From Candidatus Thorarchaeota archaeon (lineage in GTDB: Archaea; Asgardarchaeota; Thorarchaeia; Thorarchaeales; Thorarchaeaceae), in contig JBHIAE010000004.1 of assembly GCA_046758445.1 (NCBI GenBank), positions 32,001-96,000 on the forward strand: 64,000 nt of DNA. Direction: 5' to 3'. Position 1 is the first letter of the stretch. The number at the start of each line of letters is the position of its first letter. A program made the translations under genes and the position numbers. Positions 20,635-31,047 of this stretch are shown piece by piece. The notes beneath the pieces are model-generated. The model did no database searches and was not told where the DNA came from. It saw nothing but the letters and a program-made list of their open reading frames with translations.

Positions 20635-21894
20635 GTGGAAAACGAGAAGATAGTAAGTGGAATGTTCTTCCGGGTTGGAAGAGTTCGGGACACTCTCAAG
20701 GACCGATCGAGAAAGTGGTGGGTTGGATTCATCGTCATTGTCGGGGGATCGCTAGTCCTGATCTCATCCTTCATCGGGCTCGCCGCGAGCTCGGGCAGTG
20801 GGGTTGGAGTTCAAGTCGTCATTATCACAATCGTAATAGGGCTTCTAGTCTTGATGGGTAGGTGGCTTGGGAGTGGTATAGAATCAGAAAGAAAGCTGAT
20901 TGCTCGATTGGTGACGCTCCTGCCTCTCATACTCTTCGGACTGATTGCAGTGATCACTCTGCCGGTCATATTTGACCCTATTGGCGGTCTGGGACTCTAT
21001 CTAGCCCTCCTAGAAGGGGGCTTTGTAATGTTTCTGATAATGCTGGTTCTGCACGATGGCTATCCCATGCTCAAGGATAGAGGCACTCCTGGCCTCATCA
21101 CAATGGCCGGTTTCCTGATCGTCTTCGCAGTGTTATACATGACTGCGATATCACTCTGGATTGTTCCGTATAATCCCGGACAACTGACCGTTGGGCCACT
21201 GTTGGGACCACCCTCGCCGAATTATCCACTGGGAACGACGTCACTGGGCCAAGACCTACTCAGTCGAACGGTATCAGGCGGGGCAGTCATGCTTCAGGTT
21301 GCGGCCGTGTCAGTGGCCGTATGTTTCTCGATTGGAGTACCACTAGGACTCGCCACTACATACAGAGGGGGAAACGTGGAGAAAGGGACAGGAATTGTGA
21401 TGGACAGTATCTTCGCGTTTCCAGGCCTTGTCCTTGCCATCGCCATCTCTGCGATGCTTGGACCAGGTGTGGTCAACATGGCACTGGCTATAGCTGTTGT
21501 CTACATTCCCTCGTACTACAGAGTAGTACGGAGCCAAGTGCTCAGCATCAAAGAACTCCCGTACGTTGAGGCGGCAGTGGTAATGGGGGCCAGAAACCGA
21601 GACATCATCTTCCGATACATTCTGCCGAATCTACTTCCCTCAGCTGTTGTGGTGATGTCAATCAACTTCGCTGATGCGGTCCTCACGGCAGCAGGACTGA
21701 CCTTCATCGGTCTGGGATTGCCTGTCAATGTGCCAGACTGGGGCTGGGATCTCACGTTTGGTTCCCACCAGTACATAACGGGCGCCTGGTGGGTAATCAC
21801 CTTCCCAGGAGTCATGATAGTGATTCTTGCTCTTGGATTCACCCTCGCGGGAGAGGGCCTCAACGAGCTTCTTACGCCCAAGCTGGAGGAGTGA
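20635..21894 (+). CDS. dppC: Peptide ABC transporter permease with extra N-terminal TMs
   Basis: PLGTTSLGQD, YVEAA..MGA, ILPN, PDWG, WW..TFPG. Confidence 0.9.
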   Translation: MENEKIVSGMFFRVGRVRDTLKDRSRKWWVGFIVIVGGSLVLISSFIGLAASSGSGVGVQVVIITIVIGLLVLMGRWLGSGIESERKLIARLVTLLPLILFGLIAVITLPVIFDPIGGLGLYLALLEGGFVMFLIMLVLHDGYPMLKDRGTPGLITMAGFLIVFAVLYMTAISLWIVPYNPGQLTVGPLLGPPSPNYPLGTTSLGQDLLSRTVSGGAVMLQVAAVSVAVCFSIGVPLGLATTYRGGNVEKGTGIVMDSIFAFPGLVLAIAISAMLGPGVVNMALAIAVVYIPSYYRVVRSQVLSIKELPYVEAAVVMGARNRDIIFRYILPNLLPSAVVVMSINFADAVLTAAGLTFIGLGLPVNVPDWGWDLTFGSHQYITGAWWVITFPGVMIVILALGFTLAGEGLNELLTPKLEE

Positions 21895-21900
21895 GGACCC

Positions 21901-22911
21901 ATGGCTGACATTCTCTCAATAAACGACCTCACAGTGGAGTACGTCACACGTAGAGGCACAGCACGTGCCGTAGACAAGGTGTTCCTAACGCTAGAGGAGA
22001 ACAAGACCTTGGGTCTGGCGGGCGAATCGGGATGTGGAAAATCCACTCTGGGCCGTTCGATAATGCGCCTTGTTCCTCATCCTGGTCGAATCGTTAAAGG
22101 GAGCATTGTCTTCAACATCAAGGAGGAAATTCAGTTCAATAAGCATTCTATCGAGAAAGGCAACGTAAACCTCATGGAGTTGAATGAGGATCAGATGAGG
22201 AGACTCCGCGGAGAGGAGATTGCCTACATCTTCCAAGACCCGATGACATCTCTCAACCCGATGTTGAGTATAGGTGAACATTTCACACAGCTCATGAAGG
22301 CACACGATCCAACCATCGAGAAAGAAGCTGCTATCGATAGAGCACAAGAGATCCTTGATAGCCTGGGAATACTTCCAGAAAGAACAATCGATTATCCTCA
22401 CCAATTCTCTGGAGGTATGAGACAGAGAGTGATGATAGGCCTGGGGCTGGCCCTGCGACCAAAGCTCCTAATCTCGGATGAGCCAACTACCTCTCTGGAT
22501 GTCATCGTCGAGGCTCAGATACTAGAGGAGATGGCTGCACTCAAGGATGAGTTCAATCTCACAATGATTCTAATAACACACAACCTTGGCGTTCTGGCGC
22601 AGACAGCGGACGACATAGCCATCATGTATACAGGAAGACTGATGGAGTTGGCACCTACGGATGTGCTGTTCGCGGAACCCTTGCATCCATATACTCAGGA
22701 GCTGCTGAAGGCCGTTCCCGATGTTACGAAGCCTGAGAAGAAACTATCCTGGATTCCAGGTGCACCACCAGACCTTGTTGACCCGCCACCAGGTTGCATG
22801 TTTCACCCAAGATGCCCCTATGTCATGGACATATGTAAGGTGGAAGTACCGCCTCTGATACCGAGCAAGACAGGCGGGGTGGTTGCTTGTCACCTGTATA
22901 ATGGAGGCTGA
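21901..22911 (+). CDS. dppD: Peptide ABC transporter ATP-binding protein
   Basis: GESGCGKS, FSGGMRQR, DEPTT, HPYT, GCMFHPRC. Confidence 0.94.
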   Translation: MADILSINDLTVEYVTRRGTARAVDKVFLTLEENKTLGLAGESGCGKSTLGRSIMRLVPHPGRIVKGSIVFNIKEEIQFNKHSIEKGNVNLMELNEDQMRRLRGEEIAYIFQDPMTSLNPMLSIGEHFTQLMKAHDPTIEKEAAIDRAQEILDSLGILPERTIDYPHQFSGGMRQRVMIGLGLALRPKLLISDEPTTSLDVIVEAQILEEMAALKDEFNLTMILITHNLGVLAQTADDIAIMYTGRLMELAPTDVLFAEPLHPYTQELLKAVPDVTKPEKKLSWIPGAPPDLVDPPPGCMFHPRCPYVMDICKVEVPPLIPSKTGGVVACHLYNGG

Positions 22912-22914
22912 ACC

Positions 22915-23892
22915 TTGAAGATCATAGAGGTGAAAGACGTCAAGAAGTACTTTCCAGTACAGAAGAGCTTCCTTGATTCGCTGGTTTCAAAGGATAAGGA
23001 ATATGTGAGGGCAGTGGACGATGTTTCCTTTGCCGTGGAGAAGGGAGAAGTCCTGGGCCTGGCGGGGGAGAGTGGTTCGGGTAAGACCACGACTGGGAGA
23101 CTCTGTGTACGCCTCATCGAGCCAACAGAGGGTCAGATCTTGTTCGATGGGAAGGACATCGCGAAGCTTCGAGGTAAGGAGCTTCGCCTCATGAGAAGGA
23201 GAATACAGTTCACCTTTCAAGATCCCACATCCTCTCTGAATCCTCGACGAAAGATTGGTGATGCTATTGGAGATGCACTCAAGCTGCAACAGATCGGCAC
23301 GCCTGATGAGAGGAAGGAGCGAGTGGAAGAGGTACTGGATAGAGTAGGACTCTCACCTGCGAGTTCCTTTATTGACAGACTGCCACACCAGCTGAGCGGT
23401 GGTCAGAAGCAGCGTGTCGTCTTTGGCAGAGCGATTGTGTTGAATCCTGAGTTCGTCGTCACTGATGAGCCCGTTGCCATGGTCGATGTCTCAATAAAGG
23501 CGCAGATTCTGGAACTGATGATGGATCTGAAGAAAGAGTACGGACTGACATATCTGTTCATTTCTCACGACCTTGCGACATCCAGACACGTGTGCGACAG
23601 AATTGGCATCATGTATCTTGGGAAGATAGTCGAAGTGGGTGACAAGGATAGCATCTACGAGGATCCATTGCATCCATACGCCGTCGGCCTAATCAGTGCC
23701 ATCCCTGTGCCAGACCCGAAAGTGAAGAAATCAGAGGCGATACCTCGCGGGGAGATTCCAAGCCCGATCAATCCCCCCAGTGGCTGCAGGTTCCATCCTC
23801 GATGCCCCAAGGCATTTGATAGGTGTCCGCTGGAAGAGCCGGAACTGCGAGATGTTGGCAACGGTCGTCTTGTTGCATGCCATCTGTATTGA
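22915..23892 (+). CDS. dppF: Peptide ABC transporter ATP-binding protein
   Basis: GESGSGKT, LSGGQKQR, DEP, HPY, GCRFHPRC. Confidence 0.94.
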   Translation: MKIIEVKDVKKYFPVQKSFLDSLVSKDKEYVRAVDDVSFAVEKGEVLGLAGESGSGKTTTGRLCVRLIEPTEGQILFDGKDIAKLRGKELRLMRRRIQFTFQDPTSSLNPRRKIGDAIGDALKLQQIGTPDERKERVEEVLDRVGLSPASSFIDRLPHQLSGGQKQRVVFGRAIVLNPEFVVTDEPVAMVDVSIKAQILELMMDLKKEYGLTYLFISHDLATSRHVCDRIGIMYLGKIVEVGDKDSIYEDPLHPYAVGLISAIPVPDPKVKKSEAIPRGEIPSPINPPSGCRFHPRCPKAFDRCPLEEPELRDVGNGRLVACHLY

Positions 23893-23939
23893 GTTCAGAG
23901 CCAGTCATCATTCGTGTGCTCGATATCCACTGCAAGATC

Positions 23940-24824
23940 TCATCCCCTCTTTCCGGCCTCGTCGAGCATGCAGTCCAGAACACTCTGCCAGATGGTCCCG
24001 TCATCACGCATCTTGTTCTCGAAGTTGTTGGTGTTGATCCATTCTTGAAGGGCTCCGTCAGCCTTCGAGGTGAAAGCATCGTCCACGGAATCAAGATAGC
24101 CCAGTGTCTTCAATGCTTCCTGAATCTTGACGGCCAAGTCGCCCTCTATTCGAAGAAGCCTACTCGGATCCTCTCTACTGAGGAGTGTCATGTCATAGAG
24201 AGAGAAGACGCGTTCAAGCTCCTCAATTGGACTCGGATGATCGTCGACCCTGACGTCAACGTATCTGTCATTCCCGCCTTCGTATCCGCCCGCCTCTCGT
24301 ACAACCAGAATGGCCGCAGACTGCATTCCTCTCCTGTCACCGCCTGCCGCTTGCCCAGCCCTCAGACTTGCAAGCAATCTGTCTATCAAGTCACCGTCTG
24401 TTCCTTCGTACGCGTCTGCCATGTTCTTTACAACGGCTTCTCCTGCGAGGATGTTTCCTTGGCATGCATAACCATCACCTACTATGTGACCCGCCCACTC
24501 CATGCACTCGCTTCCCGTGTGTGCAACTGCACGTCCTTTGGCGTCGACAATCCCGACCTGACGATGCTCAGCCTTTTCGTCATCGCTGAGAAGTGCCTTC
24601 AGTGTTTCAGAGGCACTCTTTCCAGCCAGCATTAACTCTAGCCCTCTTGGACCATAAGACGAATTGGCCCAGGCCTGAGTAGCAACGGCTCCAACCTCGG
24701 CCGCGGCCCAAGGCACGATTGCTCCGACGGCCGGAAACTTCGACTGCACGACGATTCCTAGGTCTCCATTAGTAGGGTCCCTTGCTACGATGGAGAACGT
24801 GCAGAGGTTGCTAACTTCCTTCAT
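23940..24824 (-). CDS. DUF1028 Ntn-hydrolase-like protein with C-terminal putative peptidoglycan-binding domain
   Basis: TFSIVARD, VGAVATQA, QGNILAG, AGGDRRG.QSAA, D.RVDDH..PI.EL; C-terminal IQEALKTLGY...NNFEN..DG. Confidence 0.87.
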   Translation of the reverse strand: MKEVSNLCTFSIVARDPTNGDLGIVVQSKFPAVGAIVPWAAAEVGAVATQAWANSSYGPRGLELMLAGKSASETLKALLSDDEKAEHRQVGIVDAKGRAVAHTGSECMEWAGHIVGDGYACQGNILAGEAVVKNMADAYEGTDGDLIDRLLASLRAGQAAGGDRRGMQSAAILVVREAGGYEGGNDRYVDVRVDDHPSPIEELERVFSLYDMTLLSREDPSRLLRIEGDLAVKIQEALKTLGYLDSVDDAFTSKADGALQEWINTNNFENKMRDDGTIWQSVLDCMLDEAGKRG

Positions 24825-24998
24825 GGTTCGTTGTCCTCCTTTTCATGGTTGACGCATGAATCTTCGTTCCTCTTTAGCCCATCGGTGAAAGTGACTAGAG
24901 TTCCAATGCAGAACAAGCAATTCTTAAGAGATGGAACTGCCTGTGGTCTGGTTGCCGTTCCAGCCATGTGCCAGGACTTACTGAGAGGTCTGCTCTCA

Positions 24999-25493
24999 AT
25001 GGCCGAGATCCACATCAGGTATGTCACAAGCACCGGACTTGAGAAGAGTCTAGAGATCAGAGCCAGCGAAACATACGTCAATCTGGACCTGCGTGACATC
25101 GCATCAATAGACTTGCTCCCTCTAATCTGGTGCACTGGCCTCGAAGAGCTCAGCATTCGGAATAACAAGATCTCATCTGTGGACCTGTCACCGTTGAGTA
25201 AGTGTAAGAAACTGCAGTCCCTCAGACTGAGCAACAATCAGTTGGAAGAAATCGATCTCACTCCACTTGGATCTTGTCCGGAACTTGCGGAGCTGGCACT
25301 CCAGGGTAACCGATTTAGAAGGGTTGACATATCAGCTCTCTTTCATTGCCAAGATCTGACCGACCTCAAGCTTGACGACTCAGTCACACTTCTAGCAGAC
25401 CTCACGCTGAAGTCTGTGGGCAGTTGGCCGGAAGTTCTGGTGGAGCGATTTCATAGAATCCTCTGGAAGGTTCCTGAACCTCTGCGAGGTTAG
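24999..25493 (+). CDS. Leucine-rich repeat protein
   Basis: 22-aa LRR units (L..L.L.NN.I..IDL.PL..C) repeated about 4 times; ATG at 24999. Confidence 0.88.
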   Translation: MAEIHIRYVTSTGLEKSLEIRASETYVNLDLRDIASIDLLPLIWCTGLEELSIRNNKISSVDLSPLSKCKKLQSLRLSNNQLEEIDLTPLGSCPELAELALQGNRFRRVDISALFHCQDLTDLKLDDSVTLLADLTLKSVGSWPEVLVERFHRILWKVPEPLRG

Positions 25494-25565
25494 ATGAAGA
25501 AAGACGGATCCGGGATTTCGTTCCGGGTCCGAACGTTGTCATGATTCTGACAGAGATTGAGGATA

Positions 25566-26567
25566 CTAACGCCGGGCTCTGACTATGACTACTAGTGCAA
25601 CCGCAGTGACTCCTCCAGCTAGTACCAGCAACTGAATGTAGTCTATTCCGAAGAACGTCCAAGTTGTCGCTAGTTGAGAGAGTCCAATCGTTGGGTCGTA
25701 GTCTAGGTCATCACTGCCGAAGTTCTCGAATGCCAGGTAGATTGACTTACCTTCCTGAGGTCCCAATGCGTCACCATGTGAGGCGTGCACTTGAACCTGA
25801 TGGCTCGCGTTGCCGGCAAAAGCATTCTGAGCGTACTCCATCCAACCATGCCCGAATGTGAACCTATTACCTTCGTGCTCAATGATGTCCACCTCCCGAG
25901 GTGATTGAATACGATTATGCTCGGATTCAGACACAGTGAACTGGAAGACAAGGATTGAGTCGTTGTATGTCCACTCCCATCCTGAGATGCGCAAGTCGAA
26001 CTTGAATTGGTCCGGAGTTGCTAGGTAGAAGTGTACTCGGATTTGAATCTCAACAACCATTGGATTCATGTGACCGGGCATTCCTGGCATTCCAGGCATT
26101 GTCGTGGTCATTCCAGCGCCTTGATGCGAGTAGGTTTCCGTGCTTGTGAAGTTGAAGTGTATTGCCGTGACAACACCGTTCTGTTCCTCTTCCACAAATC
26201 CATTGAACTCCCAACCTGCTACAGGCAACACAAACATGGCACCAACCAACCGATCCTCACCAGGTACGAACATACCATCGCCATTCGTGTCATTTGCCTC
26301 GAATAGTCTGAGGAACATTATGTGGTAGTCAGTACCAGGGTCAGTTTCGTTCCACCAACGAAAGTGCGGGACCTCACCATTGGAGCTGACCATCACACCA
26401 ATCTCACCTGTTGTGATGGTGGCAACTCCCATCGAGTACTGGTGTTGCATTCCGCGATGGGGCTGTGCAACTGCAAAAGGCGCTGACACAAGAAGCACCA
26501 ATGCAGCAAGCGTGACTAATACTCCTTTGTTGAACATCTTAGACGTCACCAAGATGTGACTCATCAA
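25566..26567 (-). CDS. Secreted/surface protein with C-terminal TM anchor and a Met/His-rich insert
   Basis: Signal peptide, DTNGDG motif, MTTTMPGMPGMPGHMNPM, C-terminal TM plus RARR. Confidence 0.72.
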   Translation of the reverse strand: MMSHILVTSKMFNKGVLVTLAALVLLVSAPFAVAQPHRGMQHQYSMGVATITTGEIGVMVSSNGEVPHFRWWNETDPGTDYHIMFLRLFEANDTNGDGMFVPGEDRLVGAMFVLPVAGWEFNGFVEEEQNGVVTAIHFNFTSTETYSHQGAGMTTTMPGMPGMPGHMNPMVVEIQIRVHFYLATPDQFKFDLRISGWEWTYNDSILVFQFTVSESEHNRIQSPREVDIIEHEGNRFTFGHGWMEYAQNAFAGNASHQVQVHASHGDALGPQEGKSIYLAFENFGSDDLDYDPTIGLSQLATTWTFFGIDYIQLLVLAGGVTAVALVVIVRARR

Positions 26568-26641
26568 ATATGTATATAATAGTTCTATTCCACGTCTATA
26601 GAATTCGGACTTCGATACCTCTCGAAGTGATTTTCATCAAC

Positions 26642-27499
26642 TCAAGGTATCGGAGCCGAGCTAATCAAGGCCAAGAGTAGAAGATTAAGATTCATCACAA
26701 CCAGTGTCACAATCGCGGCCCTCGAGTATCTCACTGCCTTGGCCCTCGCGACAGCTACTGTCAGAATGAGGATACTCCAACATATGATTGCGGTCAAGAG
26801 TATGGTGAGGGGCCACCCGCTGAGTATCTCAACGGATGGGATGAAGTAGAACATCATCTCTACGAGAATGTGTGGCACAAACGCTAGGGGAACTGACGCG
26901 AATAGACCCTTGGAAAGGCCTTGTTTGCGAAGGATTGGAGCCGAGAGTGCTTCAACGAGTAGGTAGGTAGAAATCCAAGATCCCAGTGCTGCTAGGATAG
27001 TGACTCCGGCGTCAAACCCTCCCTGAAGGAAGAATAGGAAGACGGGCAGAAGTCCTACCTCGGAGGCAAAGTAACCGTAAAGACCAAGGAATATTACAGT
27101 CTCAAAGAAGAATCGCCAGGGATCGGATTGAATTCGCACTACAATTGGCTTCAACGCGGTGAGGTCAACAATGATGGCTCGGTTGGTGCTAGATTGCTCT
27201 ATATCCTTTATAGCCATACCTGCCTGGTCCTCGCCTTGTAGAATGATTTCGTATGCGGCCTGGCCCAGTTCTGTAAGCGCATACAACTTGTTACCTGTAC
27301 GCTTCAACAAAGGCTCTTCAGACTTCGCCAGATGATCTAAATGAAAATAGAGCGTCCCTGGCTCAAGATCTAGCTCAGTCAAGTCAGTGTAGGAAACGGC
27401 CCCTTGGTCGCCAATCATTACGATGATCTGTCTTCGGATGGTGTGTGACAGAGCACTAAACACTGAGTCCAACACCGAGTCCTTGTCGATCAGATTCAT
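26642..27499 (-). CDS. Winged-HTH (ArsR-like) protein fused to a multi-TM domain
   Basis: VFSALSHTIRRQII...PGTLYFHLDHL...YALTELG followed by about 5-6 TMs; ATG at 27499. Confidence 0.78.
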   Translation of the reverse strand: MNLIDKDSVLDSVFSALSHTIRRQIIVMIGDQGAVSYTDLTELDLEPGTLYFHLDHLAKSEEPLLKRTGNKLYALTELGQAAYEIILQGEDQAGMAIKDIEQSSTNRAIIVDLTALKPIVVRIQSDPWRFFFETVIFLGLYGYFASEVGLLPVFLFFLQGGFDAGVTILAALGSWISTYLLVEALSAPILRKQGLSKGLFASVPLAFVPHILVEMMFYFIPSVEILSGWPLTILLTAIICWSILILTVAVARAKAVRYSRAAIVTLVVMNLNLLLLALISSAPIP

Positions 27500-27555
27500 C
27501 CCTCGTTGCAATTCTCTTGGTTCGCAGGCACGACCGCATCCACTTATTCGTTTCT

Positions 27556-28317
27556 CTACATTCGTGTTGCGTTGACCACGAGATTCCTCGAACTCTCCGG
27601 TTTGAAGGGACTTCGATTGTAGTCTGAGAAGAACTCTGTCCGTCCAAAGCCAGCCTTGGTCAACATACTCTTCACAACTTCCAGATTTGTGTGCAGGATG
27701 GGCTGAGTAGAGATACTTGTGACCCACTCCTTGCCTTGCCTGACAAAGGAGGAGGCAACCAGAGTCGAATGGGGTCCCTTGCCGTGTTCGTACAATCTGG
27801 AGAAGATTACTTCCTCGCCACTGCTCGTGACTCCACCCTTGAGTGGGAAAAACCGAAAGCCCGAGAGAAGGATCTCTTGGAAGTTGAGTACTTGGATGAT
27901 GAATATGCCCTGAGGGCTTAGAGAAGAGTAGACATCCTCAACCACACTCTCGAGAGTTTCCTTATTGGGCAAAAGCGCAAGTGAGTTTCCAAGGCAGATC
28001 ACTACATCAAACTGTTCCTCAATCACGGAGCGGAAAGTCATCATTTCTGCTACACGGAAATCAACAGCTACGCCGCGTTCCTTAGCTAGCCTCTTGGCGA
28101 AGTCTATCATGACTGGGCTGATGTCAAAACCAACAACTTCCATTCCATTCGCGGCCATCTCTACTGAGTGCCGGCCACTTCCGCATGCCATATCGAGAAC
28201 GCGACTCAGACCTGACTTGGGAATGCCTTCGAGCAAGAACGGCATCTCTCGCTTGAGCCGCGCATCCCAGTCAATCGAGTTGTTGTAGGCCAATGCAATC
28301 TCATCAAACGAACTCAT
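27556..28317 (-). CDS. Class I SAM-dependent methyltransferase
   Basis: VLDMACGSGRH, VGFDIS, FDVVICLGNSL. Confidence 0.9.
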   Translation of the reverse strand: MSSFDEIALAYNNSIDWDARLKREMPFLLEGIPKSGLSRVLDMACGSGRHSVEMAANGMEVVGFDISPVMIDFAKRLAKERGVAVDFRVAEMMTFRSVIEEQFDVVICLGNSLALLPNKETLESVVEDVYSSLSPQGIFIIQVLNFQEILLSGFRFFPLKGGVTSSGEEVIFSRLYEHGKGPHSTLVASSFVRQGKEWVTSISTQPILHTNLEVVKSMLTKAGFGRTEFFSDYNRSPFKPESSRNLVVNATRM

Positions 28318-28322
28318 TAGTT

Positions 28323-29165
28323 CTAGCCTCTCGAACGAGATGGATCTATCTCATCATGGCTGAAAAGTACCCGACCTTCCATTCCACCGGCTACGTTGAT
28401 TGTCTGCCCGCTGACGTGGCCCGAGAGTTGTTCGGAAGACAGGTAGAGTACTGTGTTTGCAATGTCCTCGGCCGAGGCGACTTTGCGCATTGGTATCGTT
28501 TGAAGGATTCTTCTCACCTTTTCATGGTCTTTGAGTGCGTAATCTGCCATTGGAGTGATAGTCCATCCTGGGTTCACCAGGTTTACTCTACCCTTACGTG
28601 CAAGATGAACTATCTCGTTCTTCAGACTCAGCATGAGACCATTGAGTGCTGCTTTCGAAGTCGCGTAGTCACAATACCATGCCTCTCCAAAGAAACCTGC
28701 CGTGGAGCCCATCAAGACCAGTGATGCGAATTCTCCGGGATGGCGTTCAAGATTGGCAAAGAAGTGTTTGACACAGAGGAATGTGCCTGTCAGGTTCACA
28801 GAGAGTGTATTCTCCCATTGCTCAAGGCTCATTTCTTGTACGCCCTTTCTTTCGGGGTTGACAATGCCCGCGCTTGGCACCATTATGTCAACCCTCCCAA
28901 AGGCAGCGTTTGCGTTGCGGAAGAGTAGCTCTACCTCATCCTCTTGGGACACGTCAGTCTGGCTGATAATCAAATCATCCGGCCATTTCTCCTGCAGGTC
29001 AACTAGCCCTCTCTTGGAAGTCCTGTAGGACGCTGTTACTCTGGCATCCTCCTCAAGGAAGACTCGAGTAATCTCGATTCCAATTCCCCCGGAAGCTCCG
29101 GATACAACGGCATGTCGATTCTGAAGACCAGTGTCCAAGGTATCGCCTCCATGTGGTAAGTGCAT
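28323..29165 (-). CDS. SDR family oxidoreductase
   Basis: SGASGGIG, YATSK, VNLVNPG. The start may be about 9 codons downstream. Confidence 0.9.
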   Translation of the reverse strand: MHLPHGGDTLDTGLQNRHAVVSGASGGIGIEITRVFLEEDARVTASYRTSKRGLVDLQEKWPDDLIISQTDVSQEDEVELLFRNANAAFGRVDIMVPSAGIVNPERKGVQEMSLEQWENTLSVNLTGTFLCVKHFFANLERHPGEFASLVLMGSTAGFFGEAWYCDYATSKAALNGLMLSLKNEIVHLARKGRVNLVNPGWTITPMADYALKDHEKVRRILQTIPMRKVASAEDIANTVLYLSSEQLSGHVSGQTINVAGGMEGRVLFSHDEIDPSRSRG

Positions 29166-29251
29166 CTAAGACTGGCAGATATCTCCCTTTCAAGGGTTAT
29201 GACGGTCTTGGTAATGCCCTGTTCTCATTCTTCTCATGGTTATGAATCAAG

Positions 29252-29539
29252 CTACTTTCTCAGAAGCAAAGTCAACTGTGCACCAATCATTGAGTCGGTT
29301 CCATGCACATTGACCATTCTACAGGCTACTTCGAGATTAAGACTGTAGAGGCATAGACGCATGTTCATGAGATTGGGGACTCTGATAACCAGTTGTTTCT
29401 TCATGAGCCGACGTAGTGCATCAGTCACAGTCCGGGATGGAATCTTGGATTTCCGGCCAATCTCCTTCGGAGACATAGGACCATGTCTGACAAGACTCTG
29501 GAGCACTGTGAGCGCACTCGCCGACAGGCCATACGACAT
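29252..29539 (-). CDS. Winged-HTH transcriptional regulator (MarR/TrmB-like)
   Basis: GPMSPKEIGRKSKIPSRTVTDALRRL; start overlaps the stop of the upstream peptidase gene. Confidence 0.78.
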   Translation of the reverse strand: MSYGLSASALTVLQSLVRHGPMSPKEIGRKSKIPSRTVTDALRRLMKKQLVIRVPNLMNMRLCLYSLNLEVACRMVNVHGTDSMIGAQLTLLLRK

Positions 29540-31029
29540 TATCCCGACCTCCTGCGACGTGCTAAGACGGCTAGAGAGATGACAACGATTGCGCCTGCTG
29601 ACGTAATCATTGAATGAGGCAGTTCAATTGCTCCTAAGAGTGCGGACTCCAATGAACTAGCTGCGGCATTCCATAAGTCAGCAATGGCAATGAGATGTCC
29701 TCTGATCTCGCTGAGCTCTTCATCAGAATCGGCGAGAGCAGCGTTGAGGTCTCCAGACTCACGATAGGCTTCTGCAACTCGACTGAAGGTTTCCGTAACG
29801 ATGGTCGCATTGCCGCTGTAGCCTATCTCAATGAGACTTGAGTTGTCACTGAGAACTTCAAAGTGAGGAAGAGCTTCGAGTCCTCGTTCTAGGAACTCGT
29901 CTAAATCAAGATCTGAGAGTATTCCTGGTAGAGCTTTGAGGCCCTCCCGGAAGGAGAGATATTGGAGGGCCAGCATGCCCTCCATCTGCATGCCAATTCC
30001 AATCAGTCCGTAGTATCTTTCTTCAACATTGGAACTGAAGTCATCAAGATAGGCGGCGATCTCATCTGGTGTGAGATCGTAGGCAAGGCCTCTGAATGAG
30101 TCGGCTCCGAAGTTCGCGAAGAAAATGTTCTCCAAACCCTCGCCGTAGGAGGCCCGGTCGCCGCGGAGTCTCTCACAGATGTAAGAGGCCAGTCTGGATA
30201 CGAAGTCCTCTGGAGGACCTGTGTTTGGCCTCACTACTATGCATCCATACCCTATCGGATTCATGGCATGTTTCAAAGAGATATAGTCGACCTCGTAATG
30301 CCAGCGGCCGTCATCGGGAAAGCCAAAGTACTCACCGAATGCGCCCACTCCGGGATCCATGACCTCCGCAGTGCCTGCAGTATCATTGTATCCGACAAGT
30401 AGAACAGCATGTCCCGAGCCTGTGTCTTCTGATTGAAGTCCAAGGTCTCTAGCTATGTCGTAGTCTATTGCAGGTAGGTAGTACGGGTCGGTCCATACCA
30501 CAATTGGATATCCCTCATCTATGGTCGTTCGTATCAAGTTGATAGTGTCCGTCCATCCATTGGTGTCTGTATAGTTCAACCCCCACGCGTCCATCGCAGG
30601 ACCGTAGAAACTACCGAAGCCCGAGTCATCATCATAGTAGATGTCAATATCAAGGCCATAGAGGTCTGCTAGAGTGGGCAGCGGTTCCATTTGTCTCAAG
30701 GCGGCTCCGGGGAGGAAGACCGCAAGTTCCTCATAGCGTATGTATCCTGCTGAGAATCCGATACCAGATGCTGCAAAGAGGTTCCGGAGGTCAAGCGGAG
30801 CACCAGCGTATTGTAGAGCCATTGATAGGGCAGACCAGTGACAGAAACCATTGATTTCCTGCCACTGGTAGGGAACTCCTGAAATGTGTCCATATCCCTC
30901 GATTGCGGGACTATGAACATGGTCGGTTGTGACAATATCTGGTGCGATGGCTGGTGTTGTGAGTTGCAGAGCGGTCAGACAGATGATGACAGCAAGCGCC
31001 GCTGTTTTGTAGCTCGAATTCACTTTCAT
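29539..31029 (-). CDS. Secreted, C-terminally anchored papain-like (C39/BtrH-N-like) cysteine peptidase
   Basis: Signal peptide; VPYQWQ...FCHWSALSMAL (Q, C), GHAVLLVGY (H), MDPG (D); C-terminal TM plus RRRR. Confidence 0.78.
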   Translation of the reverse strand: MKVNSSYKTAALAVIICLTALQLTTPAIAPDIVTTDHVHSPAIEGYGHISGVPYQWQEINGFCHWSALSMALQYAGAPLDLRNLFAASGIGFSAGYIRYEELAVFLPGAALRQMEPLPTLADLYGLDIDIYYDDDSGFGSFYGPAMDAWGLNYTDTNGWTDTINLIRTTIDEGYPIVVWTDPYYLPAIDYDIARDLGLQSEDTGSGHAVLLVGYNDTAGTAEVMDPGVGAFGEYFGFPDDGRWHYEVDYISLKHAMNPIGYGCIVVRPNTGPPEDFVSRLASYICERLRGDRASYGEGLENIFFANFGADSFRGLAYDLTPDEIAAYLDDFSSNVEERYYGLIGIGMQMEGMLALQYLSFREGLKALPGILSDLDLDEFLERGLEALPHFEVLSDNSSLIEIGYSGNATIVTETFSRVAEAYRESGDLNAALADSDEELSEIRGHLIAIADLWNAAASSLESALLGAIELPHSMITSAGAIVVISLAVLARRRRSG

Positions 31030-31047
31030 TCTAAATCACTCCCATAA

